A stretch of 27,108 nucleotides of DNA, from IMG/VR virus record IMGVR_UViG_3300028840_003723, positions 1 through 27,108 of that record; one strand, given 5' to 3'. The notes below the pieces were generated by a model. The model did not search any database. It saw only the letters and a program-made list of their open reading frames with translations, and was not told the DNA's origin. Position numbers and translations under genes: made by a program. Positions 15,607-23,725 of this stretch are shown one piece after another (the first letter of the stretch is position 1; the number at the start of each line of letters is the position of its first letter). The DNA is from a virus (taxonomy: Duplodnaviria > Caudoviricetes).

Positions 15607-17858
15607 ACTTTCCCCCATATAACCTTGAGAATATAATCAAAATATTCAGGGTCTTGTTTTAGGAATCCGTAGGGATTCTGATACATTTGTTGAACTCCCA
15701 TTGAAATCAATTCGGTAGCATTGAAATTATAATGCTTTCCACAATAATGATCGAAGAACCCATCTTTCCAGCCTATCTCCCCACTTCCTTTATAGATTTC
15801 AGTAGGTGGTTGACCAGCCGCCCTCTTTTTCAAGAATTTCTTTGATTTAGCAACCAGCCCACTGATATTCTTTTCAACAGCATGACTAAACTCATGAATA
15901 TAAGTGGCAATCCCCTTAGTATTGCCAATATGCAAATCATACTTTCCTTGATGATACGCCCGAATTCCCTTTTTAAAATAAACTGTTTGAGTTGGTATCT
16001 TTTTCAAAACATCAGGATGATACATTTCCTCCACAAACTGATTCATTTTATTAATATTATTTTTAGTGGCCTTGGTCATCTTTCCGCCAAACACTATTTT
16101 CATTTTTCCGGTTGCATCAGGAGTTTGAATCAAGGCCTTTACTTTCCTGGCTCGCATCAGTTTCATTTCATCCTTAATTTCAGCTTGCCGGCGCATTGCT
16201 GCTGATAATTCTGAAATGGTTTTTGAATAAGCAGCATAGGCCTTATCACTATCAGGATCCTTATTCAGAATAGCAGCCGCTTTCTCCCTTTTCTGTTTAA
16301 CGGCAGCAACCTTCTTCTTTACTTCCTCCCCTTCCTTTTTCAAAGCCATATATTCAGGAGATTGATTAAGATTTCTTAATTCCTTTTCAATCGTCTTAAC
16401 AGTTGGGGCTTCTGGAATAGTTCCCTTGCCAACCACTTTTGGTACTTTGGGTTTAGGTTTTGGTTTTGGTTTGGGCTTCGGTGGCTTCACTTTCGGTCTG
16501 GCCGTCATCACTTTCACGCTGATATTCATTTCTGTTTTACCAGCCAACATAGCAGCCACTATTCTATGATTTCCATTCACCAAAACAAGATCACCATTGG
16601 GCAGCTGATAGGCTAAAGGCTTTCCCCCTTTATTGAATTTCTTAACAGTGAAATTATTGGCGAATTCATCAATTCTTTCCTTTACCAAAGAAGTTCTGAT
16701 AGTCTTTAAACGTGATAAAGGTACTTTCATAGGGGTGATATTGCTCACATTATTATCAGCCGCCTGCTGCAAAATTTTAGTATAGTTTTGCTGATCGAGA
16801 GTTTCAGCCATTAAAGGGGTTTTTGGTCTTTTGGGAGTCTCGAACTCCTGCTTCAATGGATTGTAAACGTAATCCTTATCTTTTACTCTATATGCAAAAT
16901 CAAGATCATCGGTTGATTTAACCCCTGGCTTCACTTTAGGTGGCTTAGGTGGCTTCACTTTAGGTGGCTTAGGTCTGATAGGATTTCCGTCTTTATCCAG
17001 AGAACTCAATTTATCAATACCAAAGATATCCTTTTCATTAAGCCATTCTTTCCTGACTGGTTGCCAATGATGCCGGCAATTGTATCCCCCTCGATGGGTC
17101 ATGGCCGGGCCACTCTTTCCCTTCCATTTAAATTTCCATGAATTAATCTCTTTCTTGGAATAAGTGTTACCTACCCGGCGGCGGCAGAAATCCCGTGAAC
17201 GAGCCATTATGGTGCCCATGTAGGTGAATAATTCAATGCCGAGATCTTCAGCCTTTTTCATATTCACCTCGTTATGATAATTCATAATCATATCTCGAGC
17301 ATATAGGGTGGCATAACTCGCCAGGGAAGCACCCACCACCCCTTTTGCTGCAGATCCCAAGATACTCTGCCTGATCTGATTCTCCAAATCACTAAAGGAG
17401 CCCCCACCAATCACATTATCATACATTGATTGAATAACTTTCTGTTTGGCGGATTCCCCAATGGCCAGATAATCCTTATAATATCCATCACGAAGAACAG
17501 ACATCATATCCTGATCGACATTGGTGAACTTGGCTGCTTCCCCAACCATTTTATAATTCTTTTCTATCTGCGCCTGAGCTGATTTAAAATCACGGACAAT
17601 TTTTCTGGTGTGATTATTGAAATCCTTGTAAAACATCTGCTCAACTTTCTTCTGTAAAGTCTGCAGCGTTCCCAGGTTGGCTTTTATTCCATCAAGTTTC
17701 CCATTTGGATCCATTTTAAGAATATTCAATGAATTCAGAATATCCTTTTGAAGTTTCTTGGTGGAATTCTGAATCATGGAGATATGCAGCTTTTGCTTTT
17801 TCCTTAACCACTCGTCTGAGTCTTGAGCGGCTGCATTCACATCACCTTTGGTCACCAT
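15603..17858 (-). CDS. MuF-type minor head protein with ParB/Srx-like and HExxH metallopeptidase-like C-terminal extensions
   Basis: Follows portal. RDFC...GGYNCRHHW minor-capsid motif; Pro/Lys linkers; LVLVNGNHRIVAA (ParB GxHR); YIHEFSH...TELISMG...DPEYF (zincin-like). Confidence 0.85.
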   Translation of the reverse strand: MVTKGDVNAAAQDSDEWLRKKQKLHISMIQNSTKKLQKDILNSLNILKMDPNGKLDGIKANLGTLQTLQKKVEQMFYKDFNNHTRKIVRDFKSAQAQIEKNYKMVGEAAKFTNVDQDMMSVLRDGYYKDYLAIGESAKQKVIQSMYDNVIGGGSFSDLENQIRQSILGSAAKGVVGASLASYATLYARDMIMNYHNEVNMKKAEDLGIELFTYMGTIMARSRDFCRRRVGNTYSKKEINSWKFKWKGKSGPAMTHRGGYNCRHHWQPVRKEWLNEKDIFGIDKLSSLDKDGNPIRPKPPKVKPPKPPKVKPGVKSTDDLDFAYRVKDKDYVYNPLKQEFETPKRPKTPLMAETLDQQNYTKILQQAADNNVSNITPMKVPLSRLKTIRTSLVKERIDEFANNFTVKKFNKGGKPLAYQLPNGDLVLVNGNHRIVAAMLAGKTEMNISVKVMTARPKVKPPKPKPKPKPKPKVPKVVGKGTIPEAPTVKTIEKELRNLNQSPEYMALKKEGEEVKKKVAAVKQKREKAAAILNKDPDSDKAYAAYSKTISELSAAMRRQAEIKDEMKLMRARKVKALIQTPDATGKMKIVFGGKMTKATKNNINKMNQFVEEMYHPDVLKKIPTQTVYFKKGIRAYHQGKYDLHIGNTKGIATYIHEFSHAVEKNISGLVAKSKKFLKKRAAGQPPTEIYKGSGEIGWKDGFFDHYCGKHYNFNATELISMGVQQMYQNPYGFLKQDPEYFDYILKVIWGKV
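16927..16974. repeat. Perfect 24-bp tandem duplication in the Pro/Lys linker
   Basis: ggcttcactttaggtggcttaggt x2. Confidence 0.9.
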
Positions 17859-17871
17859 GGCTTATCTCCAA

Positions 17872-19491
17872 TTATTCAGTTTCGGTTTCCATGCCTTCCT
17901 GGATTACCACTTTTGTTTCATCATCAGCCTGTTCAATATCCGGTGGGGTATCCTGCCCGAATTCCGGCATGGATTCAATATATTCATCAATTTCAGCGTC
18001 AACGGCATCCTGGTCTTCCTCACTCATGCTGGGCAAAACCTGTTTTGCAGTCTGCTTCTGAATCAAGCCATTAAAGGTTTTTGATTTCACAATGGTTTGG
18101 GAGGTCAGGGCATTTTCAAGATCTGCGGCAACGTCCTCCACATTAAATGATTTGGATCGACCGAAGTTCACCTCGTCTTTCATTTTCTCCCATTCATTCT
18201 GCCATTTCAGCCAATATTCAAGAATCTTGTTTTCCGCTTTTTCAAGGTTCATGGCTTTACTGACCAACGTAGAATTGAGAATTTGAAATTCTGATTTCAA
18301 TGCCACCCCTGATTTAGCCGTGGTGGATATTTCAGTTCCGGCGAGCCCACCGATATTAGCCGCTCTATAGATCTCCCCAACCTTGTATTGCATATGCTTC
18401 AAAATGGAATTGATAGCCGATTCTACTTCTGGTGTGAGCCATTCCGGCTTTGATTCTGGATATTCCGGATCATACTCAAGAACAGCCTGAACACTCACCT
18501 CATCAGGGGCATCAACATTCGCCTTTTTCGGGTCAGCATCCCTTCGAGCTTTCATCATCATTGGGAATGCCGCGTAATTGATCACTTCTTCGATTTGGCT
18601 TGCGTTTTTAACCAAGGAGATATCTATCCTTGCGATTTCGCTTAAATCGCTTTCTCCGATGCCCTGCTTAGTTGTTTTCAGGTTATAAAGCCATAGAAAG
18701 GGAACGAATCCCAATGAATTATCACCTTCCGCTATGGATTCTACTTCTTCCCCGCCCATTGATGGAACCGTAACCGGAATCGGTTTTGAATTCGGGGCAG
18801 GTTTAGCCCCGCTGATTGTTTGAGATGTAGCCCCGGAGGTAAGAGAAACAATATTTACATTTGGTCCTTCTGGTCTACCTTGATCATCCACGAGTTCAAA
18901 GATGGCCCACTCTTGATCAGTCCAAATTCTATACCTGCCGTCTTCATCCAACAATTTCAAATATGCCAGGTAAGGGCGGTGGTTTTCATCCTTGGCAAAC
19001 TTCCAATCCAGAATAGCCGGAGGATGATACGTGGCAATATATGGATAGACCTTAGCATCTTTCTGTTCTTTGAGCGTTTTAAACTGAGTAGGGGATTTAT
19101 CCACAAGAATACCCATATGCCCTTGAATCGAAGCATTAAGGGCAATATTGGCCATGGTGGGATCATATCCATCACCATACAAATTAGCATCCTTGAAAAA
19201 CATCTGCCAAAAATCGTCATTCTCCAATGCCTGGAGCTTTCTGCCTTGAGGAGGTTTACTCATCAAATGATAAGTGAATATTCCACAGACCGATTTAGAA
19301 TAACCAAAGGAATATAAATCAGCAATTCTCCTTTCGTATGCCGCCTGGGGTTCCCTTTCATGCTGCTGAATATAGCCCCCTTTGACGATTGCTTCAATGC
19401 CCTCAAAAGCAGCCATATAGATCTTCCACAAAGCAAGATTCTGCCTATAATCAGCATGAACTGCTTTTATTTCCTCTCGATTCAATTTCAT
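17872..19491 (-). CDS. Portal protein (SPP1 gp6-like)
   Basis: 539 aa upstream of MuF. NSLGFVPF and AKSGVALK motifs; acidic C-terminus. Confidence 0.88.
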   Translation of the reverse strand: MKLNREEIKAVHADYRQNLALWKIYMAAFEGIEAIVKGGYIQQHEREPQAAYERRIADLYSFGYSKSVCGIFTYHLMSKPPQGRKLQALENDDFWQMFFKDANLYGDGYDPTMANIALNASIQGHMGILVDKSPTQFKTLKEQKDAKVYPYIATYHPPAILDWKFAKDENHRPYLAYLKLLDEDGRYRIWTDQEWAIFELVDDQGRPEGPNVNIVSLTSGATSQTISGAKPAPNSKPIPVTVPSMGGEEVESIAEGDNSLGFVPFLWLYNLKTTKQGIGESDLSEIARIDISLVKNASQIEEVINYAAFPMMMKARRDADPKKANVDAPDEVSVQAVLEYDPEYPESKPEWLTPEVESAINSILKHMQYKVGEIYRAANIGGLAGTEISTTAKSGVALKSEFQILNSTLVSKAMNLEKAENKILEYWLKWQNEWEKMKDEVNFGRSKSFNVEDVAADLENALTSQTIVKSKTFNGLIQKQTAKQVLPSMSEEDQDAVDAEIDEYIESMPEFGQDTPPDIEQADDETKVVIQEGMETETE

Positions 19492-19504
19492 TTTTTTCTC
19501 CTAA

Positions 19505-20233
19505 TTAAACGCCCGGGTGAACGTAATAATCAAATTCAATATTCACGTTATTATCGGAGGTGGTCTCATTCGTTAATAAAATGATATATTTTGTATTACT
19601 TTTTAAAATGAACTCAGCAACTCTACCTCTCGTTCCTGGGGTAGTCCGACCTGATCCGACCCGCCAAGGCCCCCATATTAAGGAGCCATCAGTTGTCCCC
19701 CCTGTTGGAGTATGGCTTATATTCAAAGTATCAGTATTCCCACTATTTCGATCTCGATTAAAAGATGAAATAGCGGTCCCAGCCACCCTATCTGCTGCCT
19801 CATATATCGCCACCGATAATTCACTTTCTGATTCAACATGTTCCAGAAAATGCCATATCTTTTTTGTTTGGTCTTTCCCTGAATTTTCAGTATCAATTAC
19901 TCCAGAATCAGGAACAATGATTAAATATTTAATTGAAGCGCCATTACCTAAAGTGGTATTATGGGTGGCCTCGTATGAATCGCCGCAATGGATTTCATGG
20001 TGTTCAGATGAAATCATAATAGGGGCACCACGGAAAATATTATCACCAAGAAAAGATGCTTTAATTCCAAACTCATCTGTGGTGGCTCCAGATATTCCAC
20101 CACTATCATCCATAAGGATCCCCCGTGGTCGACCATCCTGATCAAATAATTTCACAGCAGATGCGGCAAAAGCGCCATTTAAATTGAAAAAACAAAAAAT
20201 CAATGCCAAAATAACTAAACTTTTAAATCTCAT
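19505..20233 (-). CDS. Signal-peptide-bearing beta-rich hypothetical protein
   Basis: Sec-type leader MRFKSLVILALIFCFFNLNGAFA, then ASAVKLFDQDGRPRGI; HHEIHCG motif. Confidence 0.8.
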   Translation of the reverse strand: MRFKSLVILALIFCFFNLNGAFAASAVKLFDQDGRPRGILMDDSGGISGATTDEFGIKASFLGDNIFRGAPIMISSEHHEIHCGDSYEATHNTTLGNGASIKYLIIVPDSGVIDTENSGKDQTKKIWHFLEHVESESELSVAIYEAADRVAGTAISSFNRDRNSGNTDTLNISHTPTGGTTDGSLIWGPWRVGSGRTTPGTRGRVAEFILKSNTKYIILLTNETTSDNNVNIEFDYYVHPGV

Positions 20234-20256
20234 AATTCTCTCCTTTTTTTAATTCT

Positions 20257-21132
20257 TTAATCAGTGAAATGGCCTTGAGCCATCGCAGATACTTTGGTTA
20301 AATCGGTCAAATCATCCTGAATAAGCATTTGGATGCTTTCTCCGGTTAAAAGCCGAACAGCCACCCCGTATTCAGATTGACCAGCAAATGAAATCTTTAT
20401 GGTGATACCATATATTCCAGAAGGGGCTTTTGTGTCATACACTTTTCCATTTGGTCCAGACAGAATACCTAATTCACCATTTGTCTTAACGTTAAAGATG
20501 TTTTCATAATGATTATCAGCAAACTTCTTTCTGAAGACCATTCCCCGGGTCAAAGCGGCAATACCACCAAAAGTCCCATCATCCATAGCCGTTGCATCTG
20601 TGATGTGGATTACCAATTGCGTCAAATCTGCAGCGGCAGAAAAGGCATTCGTCAATTGATAAATTTGGGGAGTGGAGGAGCCATCCACATTCATATTCTG
20701 CAGGCTTGAATAAACAATAGATTCCAAAGGGAATGCATATGGAACCGGTTCATCCAGGGTAAGGGTATTCGTCGCCACTGAAATCACATCAGGGGTAAAA
20801 TAATGTGGATGGGGATCTTCACTTGTGGTATCATGATAGATAACCGAAATATGGTCTCCTGGAGCGATTGAATGCCCCGCCTTCATAACAATCGTATAAG
20901 CCCCTACTGTGGGAATTTCGGCCAATCCATCCGTTAAATTATCAATTTTAGAGAATCGTAAAGCGATGACTCTTGTGGTCTGGTCCTGCACATTGACGTC
21001 CTGTGAACCGTCATTTTTAATCTTTATTCCCCTGGGTCTTCCATCAGTATCTTGGAGTTTAACCGAACTAGCCCCCCATAAATTGAAAGCCAAAAGAAAA
21101 ATAAAACCCAAAATGATAAATAACTTTTTCAT
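20257..21132 (-). CDS. Signal-peptide-bearing beta-rich hypothetical protein
   Basis: Leader MKKLFIILGFIFLLAFNLWG, then ASSVKLQDTDGRPRGI. Confidence 0.8.
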   Translation of the reverse strand: MKKLFIILGFIFLLAFNLWGASSVKLQDTDGRPRGIKIKNDGSQDVNVQDQTTRVIALRFSKIDNLTDGLAEIPTVGAYTIVMKAGHSIAPGDHISVIYHDTTSEDPHPHYFTPDVISVATNTLTLDEPVPYAFPLESIVYSSLQNMNVDGSSTPQIYQLTNAFSAAADLTQLVIHITDATAMDDGTFGGIAALTRGMVFRKKFADNHYENIFNVKTNGELGILSGPNGKVYDTKAPSGIYGITIKISFAGQSEYGVAVRLLTGESIQMLIQDDLTDLTKVSAMAQGHFTD

Positions 21133-21155
21133 AACTTCTCCTTTAATTATTTTTA

Positions 21156-21335
21156 TTAGTTTCCGTGAACATTCTCTCTAACTTTGATTAATATTGGCCG
21201 GTCCTCTTTTCTTCCAGCAAGAGTAGTGATTCTATTGGTAAATGAGTAATTCGATTCTGCTGCCCCATCCTTTAGCCAGATGACCGTTTTGGTATTACTA
21301 TAGGTCTTGCTAAGAACCGTGATGCCACAGAAACA
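21156..21335 (-). pseudogene. Start-less C-terminal remnant resembling a small phage fibre-adaptor-like protein
   Basis: 59-codon open frame GITVLSKTYSNTKTVIWLKDGAAESNYSFTNRITTLAGRKEDRPILIKVRE, with no ATG or SD, in the -1 frame of the overlapping ORF. Confidence 0.6.
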
Positions 21336-21466
21336 TCAACTCCAGCATTCACTATATAGACTATTTTGTGGTCTACTCCATTTGAATCTGTATGCTTTTC
21401 TGTGATTAGCCGCCTACCATCCGCCTGTTGACTATCTTCAAGTATTTCTGAACTTACAATAGGCAT
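21272..21466 (-). CDS. Hypothetical protein, probably truncated or chimeric
   Basis: ATG at 21466 (MPIVSSEILED) with SD GGAG; the last ~20 codons overlap the remnant frame. Confidence 0.55.
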   Translation of the reverse strand: MPIVSSEILEDSQQADGRRLITEKHTDSNGVDHKIVYIVNAGVDVSVASRFLARPIVIPKRSSG

Positions 21467-21478
21467 TTTTTTCTCCAC

Positions 21479-21757
21479 TTAAATTTTTTGAAAAACATTA
21501 TATGGATTCGCTCCTTGCCCTTTTCTGGTCGATTGGCGGTTAGTCCTTGGCTTTGGATTCCCTGCTTGCTGACTCCTGGGAGATCTGCCAGCAACCTGCC
21601 TTAAATGCTTTGTTTTCTTTGCTTCATCATCAGCCATTTGCTGTGCCGCTGTTTTTGCCTGGGCTAATCGGTTTGGATCTGATTCGATCTCCTTAGCCTG
21701 GGCCAGAGTTTCGGCATCCCACCTTGCTCTATATTCCTTTTCTGAAACATCCCTCAT
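21479..21757 (-). CDS. Hypothetical phage protein, 92 aa, basic C-terminus
   Basis: SD AAAGGAG; TAATG coupling with the upstream ORF. Confidence 0.8.
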   Translation of the reverse strand: MRDVSEKEYRARWDAETLAQAKEIESDPNRLAQAKTAAQQMADDEAKKTKHLRQVAGRSPRSQQAGNPKPRTNRQSTRKGQGANPYNVFQKI

Positions 21758-21909
21758 TATGAACTCCTTTCTGGTTGTTTAATATCGGGTTTATAATACT
21801 CACAATCTATATTGCATTGATCACTATATTCATCACAGGTTTCTTGCCAAACACAGGGAAATATCACCAATTCTCCCCCTAACATGGTCTCTGTATCTAT
21901 ATCAAGCAT
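21757..21909 (-). CDS. Small 4-Cys protein (50 aa), not in ORF track
   Basis: SD AGGAGGT; MLDIDTETMLGGELVIFPCVWQETCDEYSDQCNIDCEYYKPDIKQPERSS; fills the gap exactly. Confidence 0.75.
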   Translation of the reverse strand: MLDIDTETMLGGELVIFPCVWQETCDEYSDQCNIDCEYYKPDIKQPERSS

Positions 21910-21917
21910 ATTACCTC

Positions 21918-22625
21918 CTAAATTTGATAACCATATTCTAAAGCATTCCGCTTTAAATCATGATAGGCCACCGGATTAACCTTCAATAACTTTTCCATGC
22001 TGAATAAACCATTTAATTCAATATCAACGGCTTCCTTCCATGGATGAGTGTGAATATTCGTTCCCAATTTATCCACCCACACCACCAAATTATTTAAATC
22101 AAGATTAAACCATTTAGCAAATTCAAGAATTTGCTTAGGTTGCTGCATATCCTCTACCCTCAGAATATAATCAATGTTGAATTCCTTTTGAATTCTTTTG
22201 TTCCACTCAATCCAGTAATATGCTCCTATTTCATAAGGAGAAAGATCTTTATATTCTGGAAAGAATTCAACAAAGGGCTCATATCCTATTCGTCCCTCAC
22301 TAACATGCAGCCTGGAGCAAGATTGAATCACTTTTACCGGGTTTCTGACTAAATGGATATAAGTGGTGTCCTTTTCAAATACAGCTTTTATCTGCTCAAT
22401 CTGGCGCGGGTGAACTATCATCCATGATACAATACCATCTGGCAATATTCTTTCGTGGCCCACATCTTTTTTTAATCTTCTAAGCAATTCCTTTATATAT
22501 TTGCTTCCTGATCTGGCACAGCAGGCTACCACTATTTTCGGGCCGGGTTTATCGGCAGCAAGCACAATATCCTCAGCAGGAAACGGTTTAATCATATCAA
22601 TCACTTCTAAATCAGCTTTCATCAT
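21918..22625 (-). CDS. PAPS-dependent sulfotransferase-fold protein
   Basis: VVACCARSGSKYI (5'-PSB-like RSG[T/S]), HLVRNPVKVIQS (3'-PB RxP...S) and ILRVEDM (YEDL-like). Confidence 0.75.
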   Translation of the reverse strand: MMKADLEVIDMIKPFPAEDIVLAADKPGPKIVVACCARSGSKYIKELLRRLKKDVGHERILPDGIVSWMIVHPRQIEQIKAVFEKDTTYIHLVRNPVKVIQSCSRLHVSEGRIGYEPFVEFFPEYKDLSPYEIGAYYWIEWNKRIQKEFNIDYILRVEDMQQPKQILEFAKWFNLDLNNLVVWVDKLGTNIHTHPWKEAVDIELNGLFSMEKLLKVNPVAYHDLKRNALEYGYQI

Positions 22626-23140
22626 TCCCCCTTGATAAAATGCTTAACAATAAAAGCAAATAATGCTGATATGATCGGTGGGACAAGCAATGCAATCACG
22701 GTCACCCCACCAACAATTTTATAGATCAATGGAGTAAATCCATCAACCTTAGTTTCTATCACCTCCACCCTTTTTAAAGGGGCCGCTTCTTCCACCTTTT
22801 TTTCAAGCTGCTTCACCCTGGTTTCATTAGCTTTACATCGGAGGCCTCCTGGTACATCCCTTAGTCGTTGCTCATGGTCATTGTGAATTCGATCACAATT
22901 TAATGATCTGTCTCGTCTGGCTTCGATGAATCCGGTCTGCTCAGTTTTTAATCTCTCAATTTGAATTTTAATGGAACTTAGGCATTCTTGAACCGATTTC
23001 AAAAGCAAACCAGATTGTTCTTCCATCAGGCGCTTATCATGGGCCTCCTGCTTTAATTCCTCCACCACCTGCTTCATAGAAAGCATCAATTGATTGTGCT
23101 CTTCTATATCTCTCAGTGATATTTTTTCACCGTCCGCCAT
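22622..23140 (-). CDS. Coiled-coil protein with a single C-terminal TM helix (possible holin/lysis accessory)
   Basis: Start moved to ATG 23140 (SD AAAGGAG). Heptad-rich body and hydrophobic IVGGVTVIALLVPPIISALFAFIV. Confidence 0.7.
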   Translation of the reverse strand: MADGEKISLRDIEEHNQLMLSMKQVVEELKQEAHDKRLMEEQSGLLLKSVQECLSSIKIQIERLKTEQTGFIEARRDRSLNCDRIHNDHEQRLRDVPGGLRCKANETRVKQLEKKVEEAAPLKRVEVIETKVDGFTPLIYKIVGGVTVIALLVPPIISALFAFIVKHFIKGE

Positions 23141-23152
23141 CTGATCTCCTTT

Positions 23153-23221
23153 ATGGGTGATCCCCGAGGGGCTGAAAGGCAGAAAAACCAACCCCTCGGA
23201 GATTTCACGCCCATGCGTGAA
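23153..23221 (-). other. Candidate structured RNA leader (two hairpins, possible pseudoknot)
   Basis: UUCACGC-AUGG-GCGUGAA, then a 15-bp stem AUCUCCGAGGGGUUG/CAGCCCCUCGGGGAU, then CCCAU abutting the SD. Confidence 0.55.
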
Positions 23222-23240
23222 GCTGTTAAATATTATTTGG

Positions 23241-23317
23241 ACCGGTTTGGATTTACTTAAACCGGTTTGGATTTGTTTAGTCCTGTAAGATCTTGTATAG
23301 GTTTGTTTAGTCCTGTA
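23241..23317. repeat. Two pairs of short direct repeats
   Basis: accggtttggattt at 23241 and 23261; tttgtttagtcctgta at 23272 and 23302. Confidence 0.8.
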
Positions 23318-23724
23318 CCGGATTGTAAAGCTGTAGTTGATTCCAAAAAGGCAAAATCCTTATTATCAATGTGATCATATTGGCAAACAATCGGTTTCCG
23401 GAGAAAGAGGGGAAAAGTGATCCAACTGGTTTTGGAGTTTAGAAGCATCTTTGATTTAATAAAATAGAACAACTCTTCCCCGGGTTCCTTAAATGCTGCA
23501 GATATCTCCCAGGCTGATAAGCAATATGGGGCATTGTCCGCTTTAACCACAAAAATCAGATAATTCAAAGTGTGATTCAACCCATACATTTTGCGAACCA
23601 TAAACCGAATATCACCTTGGAATTCCTGATCCTCTTTCCGTTTGGATTCTCTAAGGGATTCCACTAAATGCAGAATATCCTTGAAAACCTCAACCGCTTT
23701 TTGATGAACGTGTTCTCGACACAT
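23257..23724 (-). CDS. Hypothetical protein
   Basis: Start moved to ATG 23724 (MCREHVH), 1 nt after the terL stop, with SD AAGGGAG. Confidence 0.7.
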   Translation of the reverse strand: MCREHVHQKAVEVFKDILHLVESLRESKRKEDQEFQGDIRFMVRKMYGLNHTLNYLIFVVKADNAPYCLSAWEISAAFKEPGEELFYFIKSKMLLNSKTSWITFPLFLRKPIVCQYDHIDNKDFAFLESTTALQSGTGLNKPIQDLTGLNKSKPV

Positions 23725-23725
23725 T

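Noticed and set aside
18820-20141. Long plus-strand ORFs 18820-19317 and 19560-20141
   Set aside because: Antisense to the portal and the exported-protein gene; no initiation signals or recognisable motifs.
23141-23191. ORF-track N-terminal extension of the TM coiled-coil gene from TTG 23191
   Set aside because: It lies within the RNA stem; the SD supports ATG 23140.
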